Of a stretch of DNA of 47,435 nucleotides, positions 9,912 to 22,168 are shown piece by piece. Both the position numbers and the translations under genes were made by a program. Under the pieces are notes generated by a model, which was not told the DNA's origin, did no database searches, and was given only the letters and a program-made list of their open reading frames with translations. Within the stretch, counting starts at the first letter, position 1. Each line of letters opens with the position of its first letter. This DNA is from an uncultured Streptomyces sp. (GTDB lineage: Bacteria > Actinomycetota > Actinomycetes > Streptomycetales > Streptomycetaceae): the NCBI GenBank assembly GCA_965650905.1, contig CBFGQM010000001.1, forward strand, positions 1 to 47,435, given 5' to 3'.

Positions 9912-9935
9912 ACCGTCATAGCGATCTGTGACGGT
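9912..9935. promoter_or_regulatory. Near-perfect inverted repeat between divergent gcvT and NTPase genes
   Basis: accgtcatag-cgat-ctgtgacggt (9 of 10 bp). Confidence 0.35.
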
Positions 9936-10036
9936 GCTGTGGCAGGACGAGAACCAAAACGACGGGTGCACGCATTACCTTCTCTTTACACTCGACGGGG
10001 ATGGGTCTCCCGACCCCCAAGGGGAGGACGATCAGC

Positions 10037-10705
10037 GTGAACAGGACCACGGCGTACGCGACGGGTGCGGCCGTCGCACTGCCCGAGCAGCCCGCTGCCC
10101 CGGCCAGGGAGGCGTGCGGCCCGCTCCCGGCACCCGTCGTCCGTGATCTGCGGGAGCGCGCGGGACACAGTCCGCACGGTCTTCGTTTCGGCGCGGCCGA
10201 CCTGGTCGTGGTCACGGGTCTGCCGGGCAGCGGCAAGTCGACCCTGATGCGCCGCGCCGTGACCGGCGTCCGCATCGACTCGCAGGACACCCGCGACCGC
10301 TGGGACCGCCGCCTGTCCCGCTTTCTGCCGTACGCGGTCTACCGCCCCCTCGTGCGGGCCACGCACTACGCGGGCCTGCGCCGCGCCCTACGCTGCGGCG
10401 AGGGTGTCGTCCTGCACGACTGCGGCACGCAGGCCTGGGTGCGCCACTGGATCGCCCGCGCGGCCAGGCGCCGGGGCGGCACGCTGCACCTGCTGCTGCT
10501 CGACGTCCCGCCGGACACGGCGCTGGACGGCCAGCGCGAGCGCGGCCGCGGCGTCTCGCGGTACGCCTTCGCCCGGCACCGCGCCGCGGTCGCCCGGCTG
10601 CTGCGCTCCGTCGAGCAGGGCGATCTGCCGGAGGGCTGCGGCTCGGCCGTCCTCATGGACCGGGCAGCGGCGGATGTGCTGCGGCGGATCGATTTCGGCG
10701 ACTGA
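10037..10705 (+). CDS. P-loop NTPase (AAA_33/kinase-like)
   Basis: Walker A GLPGSGKST; GTG at 10037 after GGGGAGG. Confidence 0.85.
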   Translation: MNRTTAYATGAAVALPEQPAAPAREACGPLPAPVVRDLRERAGHSPHGLRFGAADLVVVTGLPGSGKSTLMRRAVTGVRIDSQDTRDRWDRRLSRFLPYAVYRPLVRATHYAGLRRALRCGEGVVLHDCGTQAWVRHWIARAARRRGGTLHLLLLDVPPDTALDGQRERGRGVSRYAFARHRAAVARLLRSVEQGDLPEGCGSAVLMDRAAADVLRRIDFGD

Positions 10706-10769
10706 GGCCTCGTGGTGCGATGACGATTTCGTGGCGTCCGACGCCTCCGGGCCCGCCTTCCCTGTGGAC

Positions 10770-10798
10770 GGGGACGGGGACGGGGGCGGGGGCGGGGG
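10770..10798 (+). other. Putative G-quadruplex-forming tract
   Basis: Five G4-G5 runs with 1-2 nt loops (ggggacggggacgggggcgggggcggggg). Confidence 0.5.
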
Positions 10799-10863
10799 TG
10801 AAAGCTCCGCAGGCGATAGGGTTTCAGCCGCAGCAGCAGTGGTTCTGAGCAGGTGGTACGCAG

Positions 10864-11640
10864 ATGGACATACCGGTACAGGCGCATCCCCATCCGCACG
10901 TCGGCTGGCCCGGCAACGCGCTGGAGGAGGTGCTCGCCGCCTCCCTCGGCGCCGCCGCGACGCCGTCCACAGGTGCCCGCATCGTGGAGGTCCTGGGCCG
11001 CAGCTTCCTTTGGGTGCCGCTGCCGGGCGGCGGCGGTCCGCACAGTGGCCCGCTCGATCTGCCGACGATGGAGATCGACGGACAGGCGTACGTCCCCGTC
11101 TTCAGCTCGGAGCAGCAGTTCCGGCAGGTCGTGGGCGACCACATGTCGTGCACGATCGCTCCCGCCGTCGAGTTCGCGCGTGGACTGCCGCCGCAGGTGG
11201 GTATCGCGGTGAACCCGGACGGCACGGTCGGCGTGCCCCTGCCGCCGCTCGCCGTCGCCGAACTGTGCCGGGCCGGACGGAGCGCGCTGGACGGGCCCGC
11301 GAGCGGCGGCCGGGTCCGGCTGTTCGAGCCGGACTGGCAGGAGGAGCCGGTGGATTTCCTGGCCGCCGCCTCAGGCGAGTTCGCGGGAACCGGCGTCGTG
11401 CTCAGCGCCCGCCGCTGCCTGGCGAGCATCGAGGGCGACGACCCCGTACTGTTCATCGGCGTCGAACTGGTCTCCTCGGAGGAGGGTGTCCGTACGCTCC
11501 CGTTGGACGCGCTGGGCCGGGCGCTCGGCCGGGCGCCGGCGACGCGGGCGGTGAACCTCGTGTTCCTGGACGTCGCACAGGACCCGGTGGGCGACTGGAT
11601 GCGCGCCCATGTGCGCCCCTTCTATCAGCACGGGCCCTGA
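10864..11640 (+). CDS. SseB-family (enhanced serine sensitivity) protein 1
   Basis: WP.N.LE..L, YVPVFSS, GIAVNP SseB_N motifs and a C-terminal DPVGDWM...VRPFY SseB_C motif. Confidence 0.8.
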   Translation: MDIPVQAHPHPHVGWPGNALEEVLAASLGAAATPSTGARIVEVLGRSFLWVPLPGGGGPHSGPLDLPTMEIDGQAYVPVFSSEQQFRQVVGDHMSCTIAPAVEFARGLPPQVGIAVNPDGTVGVPLPPLAVAELCRAGRSALDGPASGGRVRLFEPDWQEEPVDFLAAASGEFAGTGVVLSARRCLASIEGDDPVLFIGVELVSSEEGVRTLPLDALGRALGRAPATRAVNLVFLDVAQDPVGDWMRAHVRPFYQHGP

Positions 11641-11891
11641 GGCCCCGGTGATGTCACAGGTCCACGGCCGCGGCGGCGTGCGTCAAGTCACTGTCAGAAT
11701 CGCGACCTAAGCTGGTTTCATGGCTCGGTCGGGGTTGGCGGTCGGGGGTCGGCCTGCGCCGGAGCCGCCCATGAGTGCGGCGGCTGCGGAAGAGGCAGAA
11801 TGGCCCGGTCGGGTGGTGCGGGGTTCAACCAAGTGCCACAAGGGCGGGCGTAGGGGACTTTGGCAGATATGTCACGAAGGGGCGGTAGAGG

Positions 11892-12683
11892 GTGAGCGCG
11901 TCGGGCACGGCCGCGGCCGGGCAGGTCGAGCACATGCTGCGCCAGGTGACGCCCGGGCGTTACGACGCCTACGAGGCGCTCCTGCGGGCGCTCGCGACGC
12001 CTTCGGCGGGCCAGGTCTGGATGCTGCTCTGGCACGGCCAGGCCGGCTCGCCGGACGCCCAGTACGGGAACATGGAGGTGGAGGGCTTCAGTTACGCGCC
12101 CTGCGTCACCTCCGCCCAGGAGCTCTCGACCAGCGGCTGGAACCGTTCGTACGAAGTCGTCGACGGCCTCGACGTGGCCCGCACCCTCTACCCCGACCAC
12201 TACGGGCTCTGGCTGAATCCGCACACGCCCGGCGGCGGCGTCGGCATCCCCTGGCTCGACCTGCGCCGTATCGCCACGGGTCTGGAGCGGCAGCCCCCAG
12301 GCCCGCTCCGGATGGCCGAACCGGGTATCGAACTCCCGCAGTTCTACGCCCTCCTCGCACAGAACGCGCATCGCACCGCCGCCGTGCGCTCGCTGCGCCG
12401 TGCCTGGGTGCAGCCCGCGCTGGGCGCGCCGTATCTGGCCATCGGCCTCGATGTGTACGACACCAGCCCGCCCGCCGTGGACTCGGTACGGGCGATGATG
12501 CAGCAGTCCATCGGCGCCGTGCCGGACGGGCTGCCGGTGTCGACCGTCGCGACGTCCGACGAGCACGACCCCGTCGCGATGTGGCTGCGCGCCAACGCCC
12601 GCCCCTTCTACGACCGCGAGGCCCACGCGTCCCCGGCCCAGGCGCCGGCGGCGGGTGGGTACGGCTACCCGGACAGATGCTGA
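11892..12683 (+). CDS. SseB-family protein 2 (paralog)
   Basis: GLWLNP and DPVAMWLRANARPFY, visibly paralogous to the preceding gene. Confidence 0.8.
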   Translation: MSASGTAAAGQVEHMLRQVTPGRYDAYEALLRALATPSAGQVWMLLWHGQAGSPDAQYGNMEVEGFSYAPCVTSAQELSTSGWNRSYEVVDGLDVARTLYPDHYGLWLNPHTPGGGVGIPWLDLRRIATGLERQPPGPLRMAEPGIELPQFYALLAQNAHRTAAVRSLRRAWVQPALGAPYLAIGLDVYDTSPPAVDSVRAMMQQSIGAVPDGLPVSTVATSDEHDPVAMWLRANARPFYDREAHASPAQAPAAGGYGYPDRC

Positions 12684-12749
12684 CGAGCCCCTTGCGAACA
12701 CTGTGCCTTGCCCGTGGAACCGGGCCGGGCAGCTGAATCCGGGCTCCCC

Positions 12750-12830
12750 GGCGCCGTCGTCGCCGGCGCGCTCCTGGCGACCGTAGGGTTCGCCCAGCCG
12801 GCCGAGGCCGCCACCGCCTACCGGTACAAA
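12750..12830 (+). pseudogene. Orphan signal-peptide fragment (deletion scar)
   Basis: [26 protein letters not shown] resembles a Sec signal h/c region with an AEA cleavage site, but there is no coherent gene around it. Confidence 0.35.
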
Positions 12831-13002
12831 GCGGGCCCCCATCGCGCTGGGGGCTTCGGGTCCTCGCGGTGTTCGTGTCGGCCCACCACACGTTGTCGTG
12901 CAGCTTCGGCAGCTGACGGCCACCGCCGGCGGGCAGAGCCGAAAGACGCCGGACCGAGCCGAAAGATGGCAGAAAACAGCGGGCTCTAGAATTGGGCCCA
13001 CC

Positions 13003-14172
13003 ATGGCATACCTCGACCACGCCGCGACCACCCCGATGCTGCCGGAGGCGGTCGAGACGATGACCGCCCAGCTGAGCTTCACCGGCAACGCATCGTCCCT
13101 CCACGCCGCCGGTCGCCGCGCGAGGCGCACCGTCGAGGAAGCCCGCGAATCCCTGGCACAAGCCCTGGGCGCACGCCCCAGCGAGGTGGTCTTCACCTCC
13201 GGCGGCACCGAGGCCGACAACCTCGCCGTGAAGGGCCTGTACTGGTCCCGCCGCGCCACCGACCCGGCCCGCACCCGGGTCCTCGCCAGCCCCGTCGAAC
13301 ACCACGCCGTCCTCGACGCCGTGCACTGGCTCGGCGAACACGAGGGCGCCACGATCGAGTACCTCCCGGTCGACGCGTACGGCCGCGTCCACCCCGAAGC
13401 ACTGCGCGACGCGATCGCACCCCATCCCGATGACATCGCACTCGTCACGGTCATGTGGGCGAACAACGAGATCGGCACGGTCATGCCGATCCACGAACTC
13501 GCCGAAACCGCCGCCGAGTTCGGCATCCCGCTGCACGCCGACGCCGTCCAGGCCGTCGGCCAGCTCCCCGTCGACTTCGGCGCCTGTGGGCTCGCCGCGA
13601 TGTCCGTCTCGGGCCACAAGATCGGCGGCCCGTACGGCATCGGCGCGCTGCTCCTCGGCCGCGAGCACAGCCCCGTACCGGTTCTGCACGGCGGCGGCCA
13701 AGAGCGCCATGTCCGCTCCGGCACCCTCGACGTGCCCGCCGTCGCCGCGTTCGCCGTCGCCGGACGGACCGCCGCCGAGCAGCGCGAGTGGTTCGCCCGG
13801 GAGATCGGCGCGCTGCGCGACGATCTGGTCGACGCCGTACGCAAGGCCGTCCCCGACGCCGTCCTCGGCGGCGACCCCGCAGACGGCGGCCGACTGCCCG
13901 CGAACGCCCACTTCACGTTCCCCGGTTGCGAGGGCGACTCGCTGCTGTTGCTCCTGGACGCCCAGGGCATCGAATGCTCCACGGGCTCGGCGTGCACGGC
14001 GGGCGTGGCCCAGCCCAGCCATGTCCTCCTCGCCACAGGGACCGACCCGGACCTGGCCCGCGGCACCCTCCGCTTCTCCCTCGGCCACACCTCCACGGGG
14101 GCGGACGTGGAAGCGGTGGCCCGGGCGATCGGCCCGGCGGTGGAACGGGCACGGGCGGCGGGACTCAGCTGA
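13003..14172 (+). CDS. iscS: Cysteine desulfurase (IscS/NifS family)
   Basis: [27 protein letters not shown] and STGSAC motifs; TAGAAT -10 just upstream; near mnmA. Confidence 0.93.
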   Translation: MAYLDHAATTPMLPEAVETMTAQLSFTGNASSLHAAGRRARRTVEEARESLAQALGARPSEVVFTSGGTEADNLAVKGLYWSRRATDPARTRVLASPVEHHAVLDAVHWLGEHEGATIEYLPVDAYGRVHPEALRDAIAPHPDDIALVTVMWANNEIGTVMPIHELAETAAEFGIPLHADAVQAVGQLPVDFGACGLAAMSVSGHKIGGPYGIGALLLGREHSPVPVLHGGGQERHVRSGTLDVPAVAAFAVAGRTAAEQREWFAREIGALRDDLVDAVRKAVPDAVLGGDPADGGRLPANAHFTFPGCEGDSLLLLLDAQGIECSTGSACTAGVAQPSHVLLATGTDPDLARGTLRFSLGHTSTGADVEAVARAIGPAVERARAAGLS

Positions 14173-14231
14173 CGCCCTCGCCTACCGGTCGTCTAGCCAT
14201 TGCCTACCGGTGGCCTAGGCGGCCCCGGCCC

Positions 14232-14897
14232 TCATACCTGGGCGGGCGCTGTACGAGCCGAGCGCACGAGCGGTAGGTACCGGTCCCAGTCCCAGTGCGG
14301 CCCCGGGTCCGTGTGGTCCGTGCCCGGGACTTCCACGTGGCCGATGATGTGCTCACGGTCGACCGGCAGGTCGTAGCGCGCGCATATCCGTGCCGTGAGG
14401 CGGGCCGACGCGGCGTACATGGCGTGGGTGAAGTCCTGCGGCCGGTCGACGAAGCCCTCGTGCTCGATGCCGACGCTGCGTTCGTTGAAGTAGCGGTTCC
14501 CGGCGTGGAAGGCGACGTCCAGCTCGCGGATCATCTGCGTGATGTGGCCGTCCTTGCCGACGATGTAGTGCGCGGCCGCCCCGTGCCCGGGGTTCTGGAA
14601 AACCTTCACCGTGCTGTTGAAGCTGCCCTGCGTGACATGGATGATCACGCGGTCTATGCCGTAGTCGTCGGGGCGGTCGGCCCGCCGCCAGTTCGCGGAC
14701 GAGGCCGCCACCCAGCGGGCGCCCCGGAAGTCGACCTCGCCCGCCTTGCGTGGCTTCTCCACGCTCGGCATCCGCCACCACATGCGTGCCAGTTCGTCAC
14801 GGGCCAACGCGGCGGTGCCCACACCGGCCGCCGCCCCGCCGATGAGCAGGGCCCGCCGCCCGATGCGCCGGTCCGAGTCCTTCTTCCGCTCGCCCAT
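14232..14897 (-). CDS. N-acetylmuramoyl-L-alanine amidase (Amidase_2), Tat-like signal
   Basis: GRRALL signal; IIHVT, AHY, AFHAGN, GIEHEG and HTDPG motifs. Confidence 0.9.
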   Translation of the reverse strand: MGERKKDSDRRIGRRALLIGGAAAGVGTAALARDELARMWWRMPSVEKPRKAGEVDFRGARWVAASSANWRRADRPDDYGIDRVIIHVTQGSFNSTVKVFQNPGHGAAAHYIVGKDGHITQMIRELDVAFHAGNRYFNERSVGIEHEGFVDRPQDFTHAMYAASARLTARICARYDLPVDREHIIGHVEVPGTDHTDPGPHWDWDRYLPLVRSARTAPAQV

Positions 14898-14957
14898 GTG
14901 ATCGTCAACGGATACGCGCGGGCTCTGGTTCCCGTGGACCCGTACCCTGGAAGCGTT

Positions 14958-16079
14958 ATGACTGAGATCTCGCAGCGCCCCCTTCGTGTTCTGGCCGCCA
15001 TGTCCGGCGGCGTGGACTCCGCCGTCGCCGCCGCCCGCGCCGCGGAGGCCGGGCACGACGTGACCGGCGTCCACCTCGCCCTCTCGGCGAACCCGCAGTC
15101 ATTCCGGACCGGCGCGCGCGGCTGTTGCACCATCGAGGACTCGCGCGACGCCCGCCGCGCCGCGGACGTGATCGGCATCCCGTTCTATGTGTGGGACCTC
15201 GCCGAGCGCTTTCGCGAGGACGTGATCGAGGAATTCGTCGCCGAGTACGAGGCGGGGCGCACCCCGAACCCCTGCCTGCGCTGCAACGAGAAGATCAAGT
15301 TCGCGGCGCTGCTCGACAAGGCCCTCGCCCTCGGCTTCGACGCGGTCTGCACCGGTCACTACGCCAAGGTGATCGTGACCGAGGACGGCGCGCGTGAACT
15401 GCACCGCGCCTTTGACATGGCCAAGGACCAGTCGTATGTCCTCGGGGTGCTCGACGACCGCCAGCTCGCGCACTCTCTGTTCCCGCTCGGCGACACGGTC
15501 ATGACGAAGGACGAGATCCGGGCGGAGGCCGAGCGCCGGGGCCTGGCCGTCGCCAAGAAGCCGGACTCGCACGACATCTGCTTCATCGCCGACGGCGACA
15601 CCCAGGGCTTTCTGGCGAACCGGCTGGGCAAGGCGGAGGGCGACATCGTCGACGAGTCCGGCGCGATCGTCGGCACGCACGAAGGCGCGTACGGCTTCAC
15701 GATCGGCCAGCGCAAGGGGCTCCGCATCGGCACCCCCGCCCCGGACGGCAAGCCGCGCTACGTCCTCGACATCTCGCCGGTGGACAACACGGTGACGGTC
15801 GGCCCGGCGGCGTCCCTCGAGGTGAGCGCGCTGACAGCGATCAAGCCCCGCTGGTGCGGCTCCGCGCCCTCGGGTCCGGGCACGTACACCGCCCAACTCC
15901 GCGCCCACGGCGGCGAGACCACGGTCACGGCCGAGCTCGTCGACGGCTCCCTGGAGGTCACCTTCACCGAGCCGGTCCGCGGCGTCGCCCCCGGTCAGGC
16001 GATCGTCCTGTACGACGGCACGCGTGTGGTGGGCTCGGCGACGATCGCTACTACGCGGGCGACGAACGCGGTGGTCTGA
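14958..16079 (+). CDS. mnmA: tRNA 2-thiouridylase
   Basis: [32 protein letters not shown] and APGQA motifs. Confidence 0.97.
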   Translation: MTEISQRPLRVLAAMSGGVDSAVAAARAAEAGHDVTGVHLALSANPQSFRTGARGCCTIEDSRDARRAADVIGIPFYVWDLAERFREDVIEEFVAEYEAGRTPNPCLRCNEKIKFAALLDKALALGFDAVCTGHYAKVIVTEDGARELHRAFDMAKDQSYVLGVLDDRQLAHSLFPLGDTVMTKDEIRAEAERRGLAVAKKPDSHDICFIADGDTQGFLANRLGKAEGDIVDESGAIVGTHEGAYGFTIGQRKGLRIGTPAPDGKPRYVLDISPVDNTVTVGPAASLEVSALTAIKPRWCGSAPSGPGTYTAQLRAHGGETTVTAELVDGSLEVTFTEPVRGVAPGQAIVLYDGTRVVGSATIATTRATNAVV

Positions 16080-16140
16080 GCGACCCCCGACCTGCTTCAG
16101 GCGGAGGGGCCCGGACGCGGTCCGGGCGAGGACGGGCCTG

Positions 16141-16179
16141 TGCCGGGGGCGGGCAGGCAATCACCACCCGCCCCGGCAG
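16141..16179. terminator. Inverted repeat between convergent mnmA and deacetylase
   Basis: tgccggggg cggg ... cccgccccggca. Confidence 0.5.
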
Positions 16180-16191
16180 CCAACCCTCCTC

Positions 16192-16980
16192 TCAGCGCGT
16201 GGCCTCGCTGCTTCGGCGCCTGGCGCTGCTTTCGCGGCCGAACGCGTCGTTGTTCTGGCTGTAGACCCTGCCCGGCTTCAGTTTCCTGTCACCGAAGAGC
16301 TCGCTCACGGTGACGAAGTGGAAGCCCTTCTTCTCCAGGTTGGTCAGGATCTTGGGGACGGCGTCCACGGTCGTGGGGCGGATGTCGTGCATGAGGACGA
16401 TGTCACCGGGCCTGGCCTCGTCGGTGACCACCTTCGCGACACGCTTGCTGTCCCGGAACTTCCAGTCGAGGGTGTCGATGCTCCAAAGGATCAGCGGGTA
16501 CTTCGACTCCTTGCGCACAGCGGCGTTCTGCGCGCCGAAGGGCGGGCGCATGAGCGTCGGGGCGCTGCCTGACGCCTTCTTGATGGACTGGTCCGTACGA
16601 TCAAACTCTTTCTTGCGCTTCTCAGGCGTCAGCTCGGTCAGATCGGGGTGGGTGTATGTGTGGTTGCCGACCTCGTGACCGGCCTCGGTCTCCGCCGAGA
16701 CGGTGGCGGGGAGGCGGTCGACCTCCTGGCCGACGGTGAAGAAGGTGGCCCGGGCTTCGTGCTCTGCCAGTGTGGTCAGGAGCCTGGAGGTATGGCTGCT
16801 GGGGCCGTCGTCGAAGGTGAGGGCGATGCACTTCACCTTCGTGCAGTCCGTCTTCGGCGTGGCGGCCCAGGTCTGCGCGGTGAGTAGCGTGGCAGCCGTT
16901 CCGGCGACGACCAGCGAGGCGGCGATGGCGAGGGGGAGTCGGTTCCTTGCTATGCGGCTCTTGGCTGTGTGCTTGCTCAT
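16192..16980 (-). CDS. Secreted NodB-family polysaccharide/peptidoglycan deacetylase
   Basis: Signal peptide; TFDDGP, GNHTYTHP, RPPFG, DTLDW and LMHD motifs. Confidence 0.92.
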   Translation of the reverse strand: MSKHTAKSRIARNRLPLAIAASLVVAGTAATLLTAQTWAATPKTDCTKVKCIALTFDDGPSSHTSRLLTTLAEHEARATFFTVGQEVDRLPATVSAETEAGHEVGNHTYTHPDLTELTPEKRKKEFDRTDQSIKKASGSAPTLMRPPFGAQNAAVRKESKYPLILWSIDTLDWKFRDSKRVAKVVTDEARPGDIVLMHDIRPTTVDAVPKILTNLEKKGFHFVTVSELFGDRKLKPGRVYSQNNDAFGRESSARRRSSEATR

Positions 16981-17303
16981 ATGGGGCTCCCGTGCATGGC
17001 TGGGCGGTCGCTCCCGGCACGGGACGTCAGATCCGGATACGGCCAACCCGTTGTTTGGTTAAGCCCTCGATACGGACGGGGTTGGTGGGGCGTTCAACGC
17101 GGTGGGTGAACTGACCAATAAGGACATGAAGTTGGCCGATTTCCGTGAGAAGGCGGAGCGGGGAGCGGGGACCCGGCCCCCGTTGCTCAGCCGCCCATCG
17201 GCTCCGCCGCCGTTGCGGCTGAAGGCGTCCGGGTGTCGCCGTAGGAGATGACCTTTCCGGCGGCCCGGCGGCTTTTGCTCTTCCCCCACGCCACCGCCGG
17301 CAG

Positions 17304-17318
17304 ATGACTGGCAGTCAT
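17304..17318. promoter_or_regulatory. Perfect palindrome abutting the HIT gene -10 element
   Basis: ATGACTG-G-CAGTCAT overlapping TACGAT (17318-17323), which is 7 nt from the ATG. Confidence 0.5.
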
Positions 17319-17330
17319 ACGATTCCTGGC

Positions 17331-17795
17331 ATGACGACGCCCGACTGCTACACCTGCCGCCAGGAGCAACGATTCGATGAGCTACCGCTGCGCGAACGCT
17401 TCGCCGTGGACCGGCATTGGAGAGTGGCCCATGCGTTCGACACGGCACTGCCTGGCTGGTTGGTGCTGCTGCCCCGCCGCCATGTGACAGCCGTCCACGA
17501 GTTGACCGACGCGGAGGCCGGGACGTTGGGGCTGTGGCAGGTGAGGTTGTCCCGGGCTCTTCGCGACGTGACCGGGTGCGTCAAGACCTACGTAGCGCAG
17601 TTCGCAGAGGCCGAAGGGTTCGCCCATGTGCACTTCCACATCGTGCCGCGTATGAGCGACCATCCCCAGGAATTGCGTGGCCCCCGCGTCTTCGGATTGC
17701 TCAGGCGACCCGAACAGCAACGAGTGGCCCCCGACATGGTCGATCAGATCGTGCGCTCGCTTGGTCAGTGGGCTGCGACGGCTTCCACTTCGTAG
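17331..17795 (+). CDS. HIT-family nucleotide hydrolase
   Basis: CxxC N-terminus, PG..VLLPRRHV and histidine triad HVHFHIVPR; leaderless. Confidence 0.88.
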   Translation: MTTPDCYTCRQEQRFDELPLRERFAVDRHWRVAHAFDTALPGWLVLLPRRHVTAVHELTDAEAGTLGLWQVRLSRALRDVTGCVKTYVAQFAEAEGFAHVHFHIVPRMSDHPQELRGPRVFGLLRRPEQQRVAPDMVDQIVRSLGQWAATASTS

Positions 17796-17977
17796 AACCC
17801 TGCGGCACCACCAGAAAGCCCGCGCACCGCGCCGGGCCGTGCGCGACGCCTGGCTGCGGCTCAGGTACCGCGATCACACGGTGAAGACATGAACATCTGC
17901 GTCCGGCGCGTCGGGGAGCGGTGTCCGATGAGTGACGCGCCGGAGACCGGTGGGGCGTTGGGTGCGAGCATGGGCTC

Positions 17978-18667
17978 ATGGCTACACATGTGATCACCGG
18001 GGCCGGTTCCGGCATCGGCGCGGCCGTCGCGCGCCGCCTCCACGCGCGCGGGGACGAACTCGTGCTGCACGCGCGCGACGCGGGCCGCGCGAAGGAGCTG
18101 GTCGCCGAGTTTCCGGGGGCCAGGACCCTGGTCGGCGACCTCGCCGACCCGGACCGGCTCTCCTGGGCGTACTCCCACCAGACCCTGCCGGACCGGGTGG
18201 ACTCGCTTCAGCACATCGCGGGTGTCGTCGACCTTGGCCCCGTAGGAGAGCTGACCCCGAAGACCTGGCGTCACCAGCTCAACGTCAACCTGATCGCGCC
18301 CGCCGAGCTGACCCGCCACTTCCTGCCCCAACTCCGCGTCGCCCAGGGCCATGTGATCTTCGTCAACTCCGGCGCCGGGCTGAACGCCCACGCCGCCTGG
18401 TCCGCGTACGCCGCCTCGAAGCACGGCCTCAAGGCTCTGGCCGACTCGTTGCGCCACGAGGAGCACGCGAACGGCGTCCGCGTCACCTCCGTCTACCCCG
18501 GCCGCACCGCCAGCCCCATGCAGGCCAAGGTCCACCAGCAGGAGGGCAGGGAGTACGACGCCTCGAAGTGGATCGACCCCGAGTCGGTGGCGACGACGAT
18601 CCTGATGGCCCTCGACCTGCCGGGGGACGCCGAGGTCAACGACCTGACCGTGCGACCGGGACGGTGA
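17978..18667 (+). CDS. Short-chain dehydrogenase/reductase
   Basis: TGAGSGIG and YAASK motifs. Confidence 0.93.
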   Translation: MATHVITGAGSGIGAAVARRLHARGDELVLHARDAGRAKELVAEFPGARTLVGDLADPDRLSWAYSHQTLPDRVDSLQHIAGVVDLGPVGELTPKTWRHQLNVNLIAPAELTRHFLPQLRVAQGHVIFVNSGAGLNAHAAWSAYAASKHGLKALADSLRHEEHANGVRVTSVYPGRTASPMQAKVHQQEGREYDASKWIDPESVATTILMALDLPGDAEVNDLTVRPGR

Positions 18668-18699
18668 CGGGGCCTCTCCGCGCCCGGTGGGCGTTTTTA

Positions 18700-18830
18700 G
18701 CCCCCGTCAGGGGCACCTCTGGGGGGCACCCTCATCGGTAGCTGCGGGAGGTAGTTGCGGGAGGTCGTGCGGGAGGCCGAGGGCGAGGCCGTTCAGGCCG
18801 AAGCGAGGTCCGGGGGCGGGGGCCCCAAAC
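18700..18830. repeat. Intergenic repeat cluster (short tandem units plus a degenerate Streptomyces-type extragenic repeat)
   Basis: gtagctgcgggag / gtagttgcgggag / gtcgtgcgggag tandem; ggggcacctc identical to the start of the gcvT insert; aggccgttcaggccgaagcg...gggggcgggggcccc. Confidence 0.5.
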
Positions 18831-18925
18831 CACCAACACCGGCGCGAGATCCCCGGCCTAGTGGGAGGCCAATTGGGACGTACGGCCGTTGAAGCCACCC
18901 CCGGAGGGTTGCGTAGGCTTCCCAG

Positions 18926-19945
18926 GTGAGCGAAAACAGCGAGTTCAAACCCGGTCCCGCGACCGGGGTCGGGTCGATGCCGGGCGAGGACGCCCGGGAG
19001 GCCGCCAACACCGTGACCGGCACCTTCGAGGGGCCGGAGACGGGGATGCCGTATCTGGCGGAGCTGCCCGCCCGGGGGCCCGGGGCCGACATGATCGGGC
19101 GGACCGTCGGGACACTGGTCGAGCTGTACGCGCGCGTGGAGCCCAGCGGGTGGCGTATCGGGGACCGGCCCGGGAGGGACACCCGGCGGGCCCGGGCGTG
19201 GCTCCGCCAGGATCTCGACGCGTTGGAGGAGTTCACGCAGGGGTACGAGGGGCCGCTGAAGGTGCAGGCGGTGGGGCCCTGGACGCTCGCCGCCGCGCTT
19301 GAACTGAAGAACGGCGAGGCGGTGCTGTCCGACACCGGTGCCTGCCGGGATCTCGCGGGGTCGCTCGCCGAGGGGCTGCGGGCCCATCTCGACGACGTAC
19401 GGCGGCGCGTGCCCGGCGCCGAGGTCGTGCTGCAGCTCGACGAGCCCTCGCTCGTCGCCGTACTGCGCGGACAGGTGAAGACCGCGAGCGGCTACCGCAC
19501 CCATCGGACAGTGGACCGCCAGGTCGTCGAGGCCAGGCTGCGCGATGTCGCCGGTGTGCAGGACGGCGGGCCCGTCGTCCTGCACACGTGCGCCCCCGAC
19601 GTCCCGTTCGCCCTGCTGCGGCGGGCCGGAGTCGCGGCGATCTCCTTCGACTTCGCGCTCCTCACCGAGCGTGACGACGACGCGATCGGGGAAGCCGTGG
19701 AAGGCGGCACGAAGCTGTTCGCGGGCGTCGTGCCGGGCACGGACGGCCCCTTGTCAGACCCTGCCGGTAGCGTCATGGGTGTCAGGACGCTGTGGCGCAG
19801 GCTGGGGCTGAATCCGGGGCTTCTCACGGAGGCGGTCACGGTCACCCCGTCGTGCGGACTCGCGGGCGCTTCGCCGGAGTACGCGCGCAGGGCGCAAGCC
19901 CACTGCGTCAGGGCGGCGAGATCCCTCGCGGACAACCCAGAGTAA
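18926..19945 (+). CDS. Cobalamin-independent methionine synthase catalytic-domain-only homolog
   Basis: TGVGSMPG, GPWTLAA, QLDEP, HTC and TPSCG motifs; typical actinobacterial position before ligA; TAGGCT leaderless promoter. Confidence 0.85.
   Translation: MSENSEFKPGPATGVGSMPGEDAREAANTVTGTFEGPETGMPYLAELPARGPGADMIGRTVGTLVELYARVEPSGWRIGDRPGRDTRRARAWLRQDLDALEEFTQGYEGPLKVQAVGPWTLAAALELKNGEAVLSDTGACRDLAGSLAEGLRAHLDDVRRRVPGAEVVLQLDEPSLVAVLRGQVKTASGYRTHRTVDRQVVEARLRDVAGVQDGGPVVLHTCAPDVPFALLRRAGVAAISFDFALLTERDDDAIGEAVEGGTKLFAGVVPGTDGPLSDPAGSVMGVRTLWRRLGLNPGLLTEAVTVTPSCGLAGASPEYARRAQAHCVRAARSLADNPE

Positions 19946-22168
<2,223 letters not shown>

Noticed and set aside
17025-17062. SigE-type promoter for the deacetylase (CAAC...GATCT on the minus strand)
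   Set aside because: The -10 match and spacing are marginal; it cannot be supported by eye.
18926-19945. Truncated metE pseudogene
   Set aside because: A roughly 340-aa single-domain homolog before ligA is the normal actinobacterial form.
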